A DNA stretch of 64,000 nt from Clostridia bacterium (GCA_017935065.1 JAGBIF010000012.1:623-64622), one strand, 5' to 3'. Counted from the stretch's first letter, positions 1-8,927 are shown. Notes: generated by a model not told the origin, from the letters alone. Numbers and translations: made by a program.

Positions 1-27
1 TAGCAAGGCTTTTTTTGTGAGGTATAT

Positions 28-921
28 ATGAAAAGAAGAATACTTCTTCGCGTGGCATTCGTCACGCTTATGATAACGCTTTTGTTATCGGTAAGTGCGC
101 TGCCCTGCTCGGCAATGCAGATCTTCGTAAAGGCGCTGACGGGCAAGACCATTACGCTTGAGGTGGAGCCGAATGATACCGTTTATGCGATAAAGGCGAA
201 GCTTCAGGAAAGGGAAGGCGTTCCGATTGCACATCAGCGGCTTATTTTCGCGGGCAAGACGCTCGAGGACGCAAAGACACTCTCGGATTACAACGTACAG
301 AAGGAATCAACTCTGCATCTTGTGCTTCGTATATGCGACAGCCATGTCTTTGACGGGTGCACAGATGCCGATTGCAACAATGAGGAATGTGCATTTACAC
401 GCGAGGCAAGTGACGTTCACGTCTATATTTATTGCACCGACACGGTGTGTGGGAATGAGGGCTGTGGCGTCACTCGCGAGGCACCGAGCAGTGCGCACGC
501 ATACAGCGACTGCACGGATACGACCTGCAACAACGCGGGCTGTGCAATGACACGCGAGCCACTCGCGCACGCATATAGCGACTGCACGGATGCAACCTGT
601 AATAACGACGGCTGTTCCTTTGCCCGTGAGGCGCAGACTGCGCACACCTATACCGACTGTAGCGACACCGCCTGTAACACCGAGGGTTGCGCCTTCACGC
701 GAGAGCCGCTTGCGCATAGCTTCGGTGAGTGGACGGTAACGAAGGAACCGACGCGCGAGGCGGAAGGCGAGCAGGTTCGCACCTGCCACTGCGGTGCAAG
801 CGAGAGCGAGGCGCTTCCCGCGCTAACGCCCGACGTCACCCCCTACGTTGTGCTTGGCGCGGTCTCGATTTCCCTCGTCGGCGTTATAGTGCTTGTTATC
901 GTTAAGATAAAGAAAGTTTAA
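28..921 (+). CDS. Secreted, C-terminally membrane-anchored protein with a eukaryotic-type ubiquitin domain and five Cys/His-rich repeats
   Basis: GAGGT RBS at 19-23. 29-aa Sec signal ending PCSA. Residues 30-101 (nt 115-330) read [18 protein letters not shown]...QRLIFAGK...[10 protein letters not shown], i.e. ubiquitin. Then five HxY/FxxC[TS]DxxCxxxxCxxxRE repeats, a C-terminal hydrophobic helix and KIKKV. Confidence 0.9.
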   Translation: MKRRILLRVAFVTLMITLLLSVSALPCSAMQIFVKALTGKTITLEVEPNDTVYAIKAKLQEREGVPIAHQRLIFAGKTLEDAKTLSDYNVQKESTLHLVLRICDSHVFDGCTDADCNNEECAFTREASDVHVYIYCTDTVCGNEGCGVTREAPSSAHAYSDCTDTTCNNAGCAMTREPLAHAYSDCTDATCNNDGCSFAREAQTAHTYTDCSDTACNTEGCAFTREPLAHSFGEWTVTKEPTREAEGEQVRTCHCGASESEALPALTPDVTPYVVLGAVSISLVGVIVLVIVKIKKV

Positions 922-941
922 ATGTGATACTCCTATCAAAT

Positions 942-981
942 AAAAACGGCAGAGCGCATATCTAGCGCTCTGCCGTTTTTT
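942..981. terminator. Bidirectional intrinsic terminator between convergent genes
   Basis: AAAAACGGCAGAGCGC-loop-GCGCTCTGCCGTTTTTT perfect stem with A/T tails on both sides. Confidence 0.85.
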
Positions 982-1004
982 GCATTATTGCAAACAACTA
1001 TTTA

Positions 1005-2438
1005 CTACTGAGGTATCTTTTCCTCGGAAGGGGTGGCTTCGTTTTCATCGCTGACCAGGCGCTTTACCCAGGTGCCGCGGCGGAGAAGCAGCATACCGAA
1101 GAGTGATTTTATGCCCTCGGTCAGCTGGCAGATTGCGAACATAGGGTAGATGCCGAGAGGCGTGAGGTAGGCGAGTGACATACAGAGGGGGACTACTACC
1201 ACCCACATATACACGCTGTCAAAGAGTATGGTGACGAACACCTGACCGCCCGAGCGCATTGTGAAGTACGCGGCGTTCGCGTAGGCGGCGAAGGGCATAC
1301 TCAGGGCGCTTATAGCCATCATATAGGTTGCAAGCGTGCGCACCTCGGCACTAGTATCGTAGATGTAGGGGAAGAACAGTCCCGAGACCGACAGAAGCAC
1401 TGCCATAAGACCCGACGCAAGCACCGAGAAGGCGAGCATCTTTCTTGCCGTATCGCGAGCGTTATCAAACTCACCCGCGCCGAGCTGCTTTCCGACGATG
1501 ATCGCGATAGAGCTGCCGAGCGATATGTACACGACGTTAAAGACGTTGAAGAGCGTCGAGCAGATGTTCTGTGCGGCAACCGCGTCGAGGCCTCTTACGG
1601 AGTATGCCTGATTGCGAAGCACCATTGCTATTGCCCAGAACAGCTCGTTTGCCATAATCGGAATACCCTTTTTGAAGATAGACGCGACGAGCGCGGCGGG
1701 CACCTTAAGCGACCTGTAAAGCCCCTTGAGGTAGGTAAATCTTTCGCTTCTTCTGTGCGCGAAAATGACGAGGACGAAAAGCTCAACCGCGCGCGATGTG
1801 ACGGTTGCTATCGCGGCGCCCGTAACACCGAGGGCAGGAAGCCCCAAAAGACCGAATATCAGCAGAAGGTTAAGCAGGAAGTTGGTTCCCACCGCGACAA
1901 GAGAGGCTATCATAGGCATAACCGTCTCTGAGGTCTCGCGAAGAGTGGATGCGTATGCTTGTGTCAGCGCGTAGGGGACGAGACCTATCAGCGTAACGAA
2001 AAGATATTCCTTGCCGTACGCGAGCGTAAGAGCGAGGTCGCCCGTGCCCTCGGATTCGTGCAGAAACAGGGTTATAAGCTCATCGTCAAGCAAGGCGAAG
2101 GCGACGATTCCGAGCAAAGCGGATACGGTGCATATAAGCAGCTTGAAGCGGAATGTGTGTCTGATGCCCGTATCGTTTCCGCTGCCGAAATACTGCGCGG
2201 TGAATATTCCCGCCGCCGATACCGCGCCGAAGATAAGCAGGTTGAAGATGAACATAAATTGGTTGACGATCGATACGCCCGACATAGCCTCGGTGCCGAG
2301 CCTTCCGACCATTATATTGTCGAGCATATTTACGAAGTTTGTAATTCCGTTTTGCACCATCATAGGCACCGCAACGGCAAGCACACCCTTGTAAAAGGCT
2401 TTATCACCGATGTATTTTTTGAAGAATGTTGTTTTCAT
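1005..2438 (-). CDS. MATE family efflux transporter
   Basis: About 12 hydrophobic segments; MATE motifs DNIMVGRLG, GIFTAQYFGSG, LGVTGAAIATV, IIVGKQLGAG. Confidence 0.92.
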   Translation of the reverse strand: MKTTFFKKYIGDKAFYKGVLAVAVPMMVQNGITNFVNMLDNIMVGRLGTEAMSGVSIVNQFMFIFNLLIFGAVSAAGIFTAQYFGSGNDTGIRHTFRFKLLICTVSALLGIVAFALLDDELITLFLHESEGTGDLALTLAYGKEYLFVTLIGLVPYALTQAYASTLRETSETVMPMIASLVAVGTNFLLNLLLIFGLLGLPALGVTGAAIATVTSRAVELFVLVIFAHRRSERFTYLKGLYRSLKVPAALVASIFKKGIPIMANELFWAIAMVLRNQAYSVRGLDAVAAQNICSTLFNVFNVVYISLGSSIAIIVGKQLGAGEFDNARDTARKMLAFSVLASGLMAVLLSVSGLFFPYIYDTSAEVRTLATYMMAISALSMPFAAYANAAYFTMRSGGQVFVTILFDSVYMWVVVVPLCMSLAYLTPLGIYPMFAICQLTEGIKSLFGMLLLRRGTWVKRLVSDENEATPSEEKIPQ

Positions 2439-2495
2439 TTTTAAGTTCTGATGTCCTTTAATTTGCGTTAATGTAAATAATAGTAGTAAATATAG

Positions 2496-5126
2496 CTATT
2501 TCTTTGCCGTAATGAACTCGGCTATCTCAAGTGCTACGCTGTCAAGCTCTGCCATAAATTCGCGCGTTGTAACGCGAAGCCCGCCCGCACCTATCACGAT
2601 AAGCTGCTCGTCTCGGTCATCGGTTACGACCCTTACCGTGTCGGGCGCCTTAATTGAATACGCGGCACGCTCAATATAGGCGTCGGCGGTCTGCCTTTGC
2701 TTGGTATATACCACCGTCACTCCATCAAGGTCCTCGACAGTACCCTCGTTGCCCGCTCGCTTGTGCCCGTCAAAGACGATAATCACGCGGGCACGCCTTA
2801 CACCTCTGTAATTACAGAGCAGTCTTATAAGCGTGTCTCTCGCGTGCGACAGCTCGGAGCTTGCCAGCCGTGAGAGCTCTTCATTTGCGAAAATAAAATT
2901 GTATCCGTCAATAAGAAGATACTCGTCACCCTTTTGTATTTGTCTCGGCTTTACCGCCCTTTCCTTGCCCGAGTAGACGGTCTTTTCGCTAACCTTGCGG
3001 GGTGTTATCCTGCCGTAGGTAGCCTCAAATATTCGCATAAGCTCCTTGTCCTCAGCGACCGTGGCTCGGTAGTCCTTAGCACCCTTACTTCCTTGCGGCG
3101 GGGGAGCGGTGACGGTCATTTCGTCCTGTGCCTCATATGATGCGCGTATGCCCTCGGGCGGTGGGGTGTGCATTTTCCCGTCCGCTTCATACCACGGCAC
3201 AAGATAACCCGCGCCGCCCTTGCATAAAACCGAGTTCGGGTTTCTTCTTATATCAGCCTCGGGGTCGTATGCGCGCGCCGCGATAACCTCCTCGGCATTG
3301 TGGCAGGGAAGATACTCGCCCGCGGTAAGGTAAAGCCTGCCCTCACCTCTCGTGTAGGCGCGAAGCTCATTATGGTAGGAGCGCATACCGTATACGGGCG
3401 CGTAGCCTGTGAGCTTCACCTCGCCCTCGCCTGTAAACTCGGGTGCGTCACACCTGCCGTGGCGCATTTCGATATCGTTTAAAAATCTTCCGAGCGCCCC
3501 CTCGGGAAGCCTTGCCTCAAATCTGAAGGTCGGCTCAAGCAGCATAAGCGCACCTGCCTCGCGTGCCTTCATAAGCGCTTGGTTGAGTGCGCGAAAGGTC
3601 GCCTGTCTGAAGTCGCCGCCCTCGGTATGCTTCGGGTGCGCCCTGCCCGCGATAAGCGTAATCTTCATATCGGTTATAGGCGCACAGACGAGCTTTCCCA
3701 TATGCCGTCTTTCCTCAAGGTGCGACAGAATAAGCCTCTGCCAATTCAGCTTAAGCGTATCGGTCGGTACCTCGGTCGCGAATACAAGTCCCGCGCCTCG
3801 CTCCAGCGGCTCAAGCCTGAGCCTTACCTCGGCATAGTGCATAAGAGGCTCAAAGTGTCCCGCGCCAAAGACGGTGTCGCTTACCGTCTCGCGGTAAACT
3901 ATTCCCGCCTCCTCAAAGCCGACCTCAAGCGAGAGCCTGTCCTTGATAAGCCGCTTTAAGACCTCGGACTGTATCTCGCCCATAAGCCTTACCCTTACCT
4001 CTTTGGTTTCCTCGTCATAGCGAAGGGCGAGCGTCGGCTCCTCGTCACCAAGCGGAATAAGATCAAGATACGCGCGGTGTATGTCGCACCCCGCGGGGAA
4101 GGTAATTCTGTAATCAAGCACACTCTCGGCGCTCAGCTCGTCACAAGAGGCGGTGCCGAGCCCCATTCCAGCTCTGGTATGCTTAAGATTAGGTATCGCA
4201 ACGACCTCGCCTGCCGAGGCGGATCTTACCGTCTTGAATTTATCACCGCTGTAGAGGCGAAGCTGCTCGACGCGCTCGGTAACGCCGTTACCGTGCTCGG
4301 TAACGCTGTCGCCGTCGGTGCGTATCTCAAGGGTGTCCTTGACGGCAAGCTCACCGCCCGTTATCTTCATAAGCGTAAGCCTCATCCCGTCGGGCGCGGT
4401 CATTATCTTGTATATTTTCGCGCCGAAAAGAGTTTTACTGTACGCCTTCTCTCTGACAAAGCGCGATACGGTGCGCAAAAGCACATCCACACCCGTATTT
4501 TTGAGTGCCGAGCCGAATATCGCGGGGATAAGCGTGCAGCGCCTGATAGCCTCTGCAAGGCTCCCGTCCGAGAGTGTGCCACAGTCGAGATACTCGCCGA
4601 TAAGCTGCTCGTCAACTCCCGCGCATTCCTCGTAAAAGCGCGCCTTATCCTCACTCTCAAGGTTGAAGTCACAGATGCCCTTGTCGAGCGTGGCTCTGAG
4701 TGAATTCAGGATATCTATACGGCGCTCCTTTGCCATATCCATTTTGTTGACGAATATAAAGGTAGGTATCCTTCGGCTCTTAAGCTTTGACAGTAGCGTT
4801 TTCGTGTGAAATACGGCACCGTCATCGGCGCTGACGACAAGTATAGCGTAGTCCTGTATGGCAAGCGCGCGCTCTGCCTCGCTGAAAAAGTCAAGGTGCC
4901 CTGGGGTATCCACCACCGTATAGTCTATTCCCGAGTAAGTCAGGCGCGCAAGCTTTGAGAATACGGTAATGCCGCGCTCACGCTCAATGCCGTGAGAGTC
5001 GAGCAGGCAGTCACCGCTGTCAACTCTGCCCTGTGTCTTTATCGCGCCCGCATTGTAGAGCATAGCCTCGGTGAGAGTGGTTTTGCCCGCGTCAACGTGC
5101 GCCAGTATGCCAAGTGTGATTTTCAC
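2496..5126 (-). CDS. TetM/TetO/EF-G-like translational GTPase fused to a C-terminal NYN (YacP/Rae1-like) RNase domain
   Basis: AHVDAGKTT, ERGIT, DTPGH, NKMD; HPKHTEGGDFRQAT; C-terminal LIDGYN...VFDG...TADAYIE...VVTDD; GTG start. Confidence 0.88.
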   Translation of the reverse strand: MKITLGILAHVDAGKTTLTEAMLYNAGAIKTQGRVDSGDCLLDSHGIERERGITVFSKLARLTYSGIDYTVVDTPGHLDFFSEAERALAIQDYAILVVSADDGAVFHTKTLLSKLKSRRIPTFIFVNKMDMAKERRIDILNSLRATLDKGICDFNLESEDKARFYEECAGVDEQLIGEYLDCGTLSDGSLAEAIRRCTLIPAIFGSALKNTGVDVLLRTVSRFVREKAYSKTLFGAKIYKIMTAPDGMRLTLMKITGGELAVKDTLEIRTDGDSVTEHGNGVTERVEQLRLYSGDKFKTVRSASAGEVVAIPNLKHTRAGMGLGTASCDELSAESVLDYRITFPAGCDIHRAYLDLIPLGDEEPTLALRYDEETKEVRVRLMGEIQSEVLKRLIKDRLSLEVGFEEAGIVYRETVSDTVFGAGHFEPLMHYAEVRLRLEPLERGAGLVFATEVPTDTLKLNWQRLILSHLEERRHMGKLVCAPITDMKITLIAGRAHPKHTEGGDFRQATFRALNQALMKAREAGALMLLEPTFRFEARLPEGALGRFLNDIEMRHGRCDAPEFTGEGEVKLTGYAPVYGMRSYHNELRAYTRGEGRLYLTAGEYLPCHNAEEVIAARAYDPEADIRRNPNSVLCKGGAGYLVPWYEADGKMHTPPPEGIRASYEAQDEMTVTAPPPQGSKGAKDYRATVAEDKELMRIFEATYGRITPRKVSEKTVYSGKERAVKPRQIQKGDEYLLIDGYNFIFANEELSRLASSELSHARDTLIRLLCNYRGVRRARVIIVFDGHKRAGNEGTVEDLDGVTVVYTKQRQTADAYIERAAYSIKAPDTVRVVTDDRDEQLIVIGAGGLRVTTREFMAELDSVALEIAEFITAKK

Positions 5127-5227
5127 CGCCGTATTCTCCCTTCTTAAGATTTTTTAGCATTAGTAAAGAACAGACTTGGCATAAGCTTAAAAGCCTGCCT
5201 CATCTGTTCTTATGTCTATATAAATAG

Positions 5228-6751
5228 CTACGATTTAACCGTGATATGTAAAGTAGGATTTACAATTCTATCGCAAGCCGCCACACTTATGTCACCGCCC
5301 GCCATAAGCCTTGAGCCGATATTCTCAATAAGATTTCTCGGCGGAAGCGGTAGCTCGCGAAGCTCCTTTGAGTTTATCTGCTTTGACTTTGACACGATGC
5401 TTAAGTACCTGTCGTATATAGTCGAGTTAAGCAGAGCGAACAGTCCGTGCATAAGCCAGAAGGACATCTCATCCTTCTTGTCGACAGTATCAATAAAGTT
5501 TATCTTGTTGTGCGTTGAGATATATTGGTTCTGCGGTCTTTGTCTTGCGAAATACATTGCCGCGTTTAAAAATCTTTCGTCGCTCTTGGCTGGAATACGC
5601 TTGACGATTATCATATTCTTGTTTCTCTGGAACAGAGCCGACTCTACGGGAAGAAGGAACTGCCCCTTGACATCAGTCTGAGGGAAGCAGACATATCCTC
5701 CGCGCATAGCAGACGAGCGAAGCAGAGGAATAGTCCCCGCACGCTCCTCGTCAAGGATTATCCTTCCGCACTTGGCTTCTATAACGAGCCCTGTTGACAT
5801 CTTAAGGCCGAGCGAGGCAAGCGTCTCGGGAAACATACTGATATAACGCACTATCTTCGTTTCCTCGGCATTTCTCGGAAGCGTCATAGTGCCGTCCTTC
5901 TCGCTTATCACGAATGAGTAGGGAAGGGGCGAGAGCATAACCGTGCCCTGTGCCGAGCCGTCATCCGTCGAGGTGGATATCTGTATATCGCGCCTGTCAG
6001 AGGAATTCTCATAGCAGACGAGGATATTCTTTTTAAGCGGTATCGCGCGCTTCGCGTTTTTGCTGCTGCCGACGAAAAGGTGAATTCGCCTTACCGAAAG
6101 CCGCTTGGCGATATCGCGCCTGAAATCGGTGAGCGCCGACGCCGTTGCCACGGTAGTGGGAAGCACCGCGACAAGCTGTCCGCCGTCCTCAAGATGCTCG
6201 CTTGCCACCCTTACGAAAAGGTAGGATGCCGAGAGGGAGGTGCTGGTTATACCGCCCGCACCGTCTGCCTCGGGCGAGCCCTTCTTAACAAGCTCGGTGG
6301 GGGGATTTGTAATTATAATATCGTACTTGTCCTCAACATTGCCAAAGAAGGTCACGGCATAGTGATTTTTATAGTCGGTAAGATAGTTTTCGGGAAGGAC
6401 GGTATAGAAAAGCCGTACCCCGTAATCGTGTCGGCACTTCTTGCGCATGCGCTCAAGGTTGTCCTCAAGCATAGGAAGGTAGGTCTCGTCGTTTTCATAG
6501 CAGGTAAGGAAAATATCCCTCGCCTCAGGTGCGCGCGTGCAGATAGCGTCAATGACCGCGCCCGAGAGAATTCCCGTTCCCGCGCCCGCATCAAGGACTG
6601 TGTAGGAGGTCTTTCCCTGAGGGAAGGTGAGCATATCCGCCATAAGCCTTGCGGTATTCTTTTTCGTAAAATGTCTGCCGAGCCTGACGTTATCGCGCTT
6701 TGAGTAAAGGCGCACGAGCTTCTGAGTGTTTCTTACTGCAAGAGAAAGCAT
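5228..6751 (-). CDS. Orphan N6-adenine DNA methyltransferase-like protein (BsuBI/PstI/Eco57I-type) with atypical NPPT motif IV
   Basis: SAM-binding VLDAGAGTG, IITNPPT, C-terminal ALLNST...ELPLP; no endonuclease gene adjacent. Confidence 0.75.
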   Translation of the reverse strand: MLSLAVRNTQKLVRLYSKRDNVRLGRHFTKKNTARLMADMLTFPQGKTSYTVLDAGAGTGILSGAVIDAICTRAPEARDIFLTCYENDETYLPMLEDNLERMRKKCRHDYGVRLFYTVLPENYLTDYKNHYAVTFFGNVEDKYDIIITNPPTELVKKGSPEADGAGGITSTSLSASYLFVRVASEHLEDGGQLVAVLPTTVATASALTDFRRDIAKRLSVRRIHLFVGSSKNAKRAIPLKKNILVCYENSSDRRDIQISTSTDDGSAQGTVMLSPLPYSFVISEKDGTMTLPRNAEETKIVRYISMFPETLASLGLKMSTGLVIEAKCGRIILDEERAGTIPLLRSSAMRGGYVCFPQTDVKGQFLLPVESALFQRNKNMIIVKRIPAKSDERFLNAAMYFARQRPQNQYISTHNKINFIDTVDKKDEMSFWLMHGLFALLNSTIYDRYLSIVSKSKQINSKELRELPLPPRNLIENIGSRLMAGGDISVAACDRIVNPTLHITVKS

Positions 6752-6798
6752 AGTCCTACATCCCCCTTTTTTGAATTCTGCCTTGATTTATTTCTAAT

Positions 6799-6827
6799 AT
6801 TGTAGCATATTTTGTCGGCAAGTGCAA
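6799..6827 (-). promoter_or_regulatory. Sigma-A promoter for the MTase-like gene
   Basis: Minus strand TTGCAC-17 nt-TACAAT with extended TG. Confidence 0.6.
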
Positions 6828-6857
6828 TATGTTTTGGAAGGTTTTTTGAAAAAAATA

Positions 6858-6886
6858 TTGCAAAATGTAAAAATAGATGTTATACT
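6858..6886 (+). promoter_or_regulatory. Sigma-A promoter for the SbcD-like gene
   Basis: TTGCAA-17 nt-TATACT with extended TG. Confidence 0.65.
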
Positions 6887-6918
6887 TAGAATAACAAAAT
6901 ATTTTTTGGAGAAAGAAT

Positions 6919-8070
6919 ATGAGCGAAAATCAGGCAATCAGGACTATAAAGCTTCTTCAGTGCAGTGATATTCACCTTGATACGCCCTTCGTCGGACTTT
7001 CCGCCGAGAAGAGCGAGGAAAGAAGGCGCGGGCTTCGTGAGAGCTTTATCCGTCTTATGCAGTACGTGCAGAACAGAGGCGTGGATATCGTGCTTATGTG
7101 CGGTGATATATTTGATACCGACTACGCTACCAACACCACCGCGGAGGTGCTTATAAGAGAGTTCCGCTCCTGCCCCGATACACAGTTTATCATCACCCCT
7201 GGTAAGAGTGATTACTATAATTCAAACCCCATCTACACCTCGGGCAGACTTCCCGACAACGTAAAGGTCGTCGCAACGCCGAGCCTTACGAGAATTGACT
7301 ATGACGAGCTTAATCTCACCGTCTATTCCTGGGCGTTCTTAGAGCCTGTGATGAGGGAAAATCCGCTTTACCAGAGGCGTGTCGACGATAACTCGAGAAT
7401 TAATATCGTCGCGGGCTACGCGGACCTTGACGGCCCTATCGGCTCGGATAAGTGCCCTATCGCGCTTAGCGACCTTAAGAGCTTCGGTGCCGATTACTAC
7501 GCCTTCGGCTCCCGCCACGAGAGAAGCGAGACGGTGAAGGTTGGCGGTGCGCTTTATACCTACTCAGGCTCGCTTGAGTGTACGGGCTTTGACGATCCTG
7601 GCCTTGGCGGCGCTAATCTTATACTTATCGAGACGGGCGACGGCGCCACCTCGATTGACGTAAGGCATCACGCCTTCGGTCATATGCGCCACGTAACCGA
7701 GGTTATCGACATTACGGGCGTTGATAAGTACAACGAGATAATCAACCGCATAAGCCGTCTTATTTCCGAAAAGAAGTACGGCATCGAGACCGCCCTCAGG
7801 GTAGAGCTTGTCGGCTATCTTGATCCGAGATTTATCGTACCCAGAAACTTTGAGTGCGAGGCATTCGGCCTTTACTACTTCGATATTATAGATAAAACCA
7901 TCCCGCTTTACGGCACCGAGAGCTTCAAGAACGATATGAGCGTCAAGGGCGAGCTTTTCAGAAACCTTCTTCCCCTGCTTGAGGGCGACAACGAGGACGA
8001 TAAGCTCATAGCCGCCCGCGCCTTCCGCGTAGGCCTCGCCGCCCTCGAGGGCAGAGAGATAGACTTCTGA
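6919..8070 (+). CDS. SbcD/Mre11/YhaO-family metallophosphoesterase with degenerate motifs III-V
   Basis: SDIHLD and GDIFD present. GNHD is replaced by GKSD and GHxH by GSRH. YSGSLE..GFDD typical of the family. Confidence 0.8.
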   Translation: MSENQAIRTIKLLQCSDIHLDTPFVGLSAEKSEERRRGLRESFIRLMQYVQNRGVDIVLMCGDIFDTDYATNTTAEVLIREFRSCPDTQFIITPGKSDYYNSNPIYTSGRLPDNVKVVATPSLTRIDYDELNLTVYSWAFLEPVMRENPLYQRRVDDNSRINIVAGYADLDGPIGSDKCPIALSDLKSFGADYYAFGSRHERSETVKVGGALYTYSGSLECTGFDDPGLGGANLILIETGDGATSIDVRHHAFGHMRHVTEVIDITGVDKYNEIINRISRLISEKKYGIETALRVELVGYLDPRFIVPRNFECEAFGLYYFDIIDKTIPLYGTESFKNDMSVKGELFRNLLPLLEGDNEDDKLIAARAFRVGLAALEGREIDF

Positions 8071-8083
8071 TTTTGGTGAAAAA

Positions 8084-8785
8084 ATGAAAATCGGTGACAT
8101 AATAGCTCTCGGCACTTATTTTAAAACGCGCGTGGCATACGGTGAGTATACGGTAGAGCCTATCGAGTGGCAGGTGCTGGATATTAAGGACGGGAAGGCT
8201 CTGCTTTTGTCAAGATATGTGCTTGACGGCGGGATACCGTATGAGAAGGTGAGGCGCGACACCTCGTGGGGCGAGTGCAATATCAGAGCCTGGCTCAACG
8301 AGGCGTTCTACAAGGTCGCATTTGACGAGGCGGACAGGAAGAAAATAGCCTGTGTCACTATACCTGCCGATGCTGGGAATTCCTTAAGCTTTGCCTCTCG
8401 GGACAGGATATTTCTCCTTAGCATAGGTGAGGTGGGAAGCTATCTTTCCGTTGAAGATAGCGCCTGCTATCCTACCGACTACGCTAATGACAGAACGGCA
8501 CTTCTTACCTCAACCGACGGGCGGTGCGCCTGGTGGCTTCGCTCGGCTGGTGTCGACGCAAGCTGGGCGGCACTCGTTGACGAGGACGGGGTTATCAACG
8601 ACGAGGGCTTTATGGCAAACCGTAGCTTCTTCGGAATTCGCCCCGCTATGTGGATATACGAGGATGAAAAAGAGCTTACCGACGAGGACTACACCAAGCG
8701 AAGCTTTGCCGAGCTTAACGCGGGGCTTGATGAGGCAAGGGCGATGCTTGACGAGCTTAAGCGCAAGCGCTCTGAAAATAAATAG
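8084..8785 (+). CDS. DUF6273-like domain protein with C-terminal coiled coil
   Basis: EPIEWQVL, KALLLS, IRAWLN, IFLLS, WWLRS, GIRPAMW motifs. Confidence 0.7.
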   Translation: MKIGDIIALGTYFKTRVAYGEYTVEPIEWQVLDIKDGKALLLSRYVLDGGIPYEKVRRDTSWGECNIRAWLNEAFYKVAFDEADRKKIACVTIPADAGNSLSFASRDRIFLLSIGEVGSYLSVEDSACYPTDYANDRTALLTSTDGRCAWWLRSAGVDASWAALVDEDGVINDEGFMANRSFFGIRPAMWIYEDEKELTDEDYTKRSFAELNAGLDEARAMLDELKRKRSENK

Positions 8786-8846
8786 CCTCTGTAAAGAGCG
8801 CTGTGGATTTATAATTGTGGCGACATAATATTAAATAAGCAATAAT

Positions 8847-8898
8847 AAAAGAGCAAGCATACAAGACCTATAAAATCTTGTGTGCTTGCTCTTTTTTT
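8847..8898. terminator. Bidirectional intrinsic terminator
   Basis: AAAAGAGCAAGCATACAAGA / TCTTGTGTGCTTGCTCTTTTTTT inverted repeat between convergent genes. Confidence 0.8.
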
Positions 8899-8927
8899 GT
8901 ATATAACTATTTACATTAAAGCGCTTT

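Noticed and set aside
115-330. Eukaryotic contamination or a ubiquitin conjugation system
   Set aside because: The domain is fused in frame to a bacterial-style signal peptide and anchor, with RBS and terminator. It lacks di-Gly, and no E1/E2/JAB genes are in the window. Read mapping is still needed to exclude a chimera fully.
2496-5126. Acquired tetracycline resistance gene (tetM/tetW/tetO)
   Set aside because: It is much longer than ribosomal protection proteins, carries an NYN fusion, and has no mobile-element context or leader peptide.
5228-6751. Complete type II restriction-modification system
   Set aside because: No endonuclease ORF on either side, and the catalytic motif is atypical.
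8084-8785. Diversity-generating retroelement target (CLec-like WWLRS...GIRPA end)
   Set aside because: No reverse transcriptase and no template repeat seen in the window.
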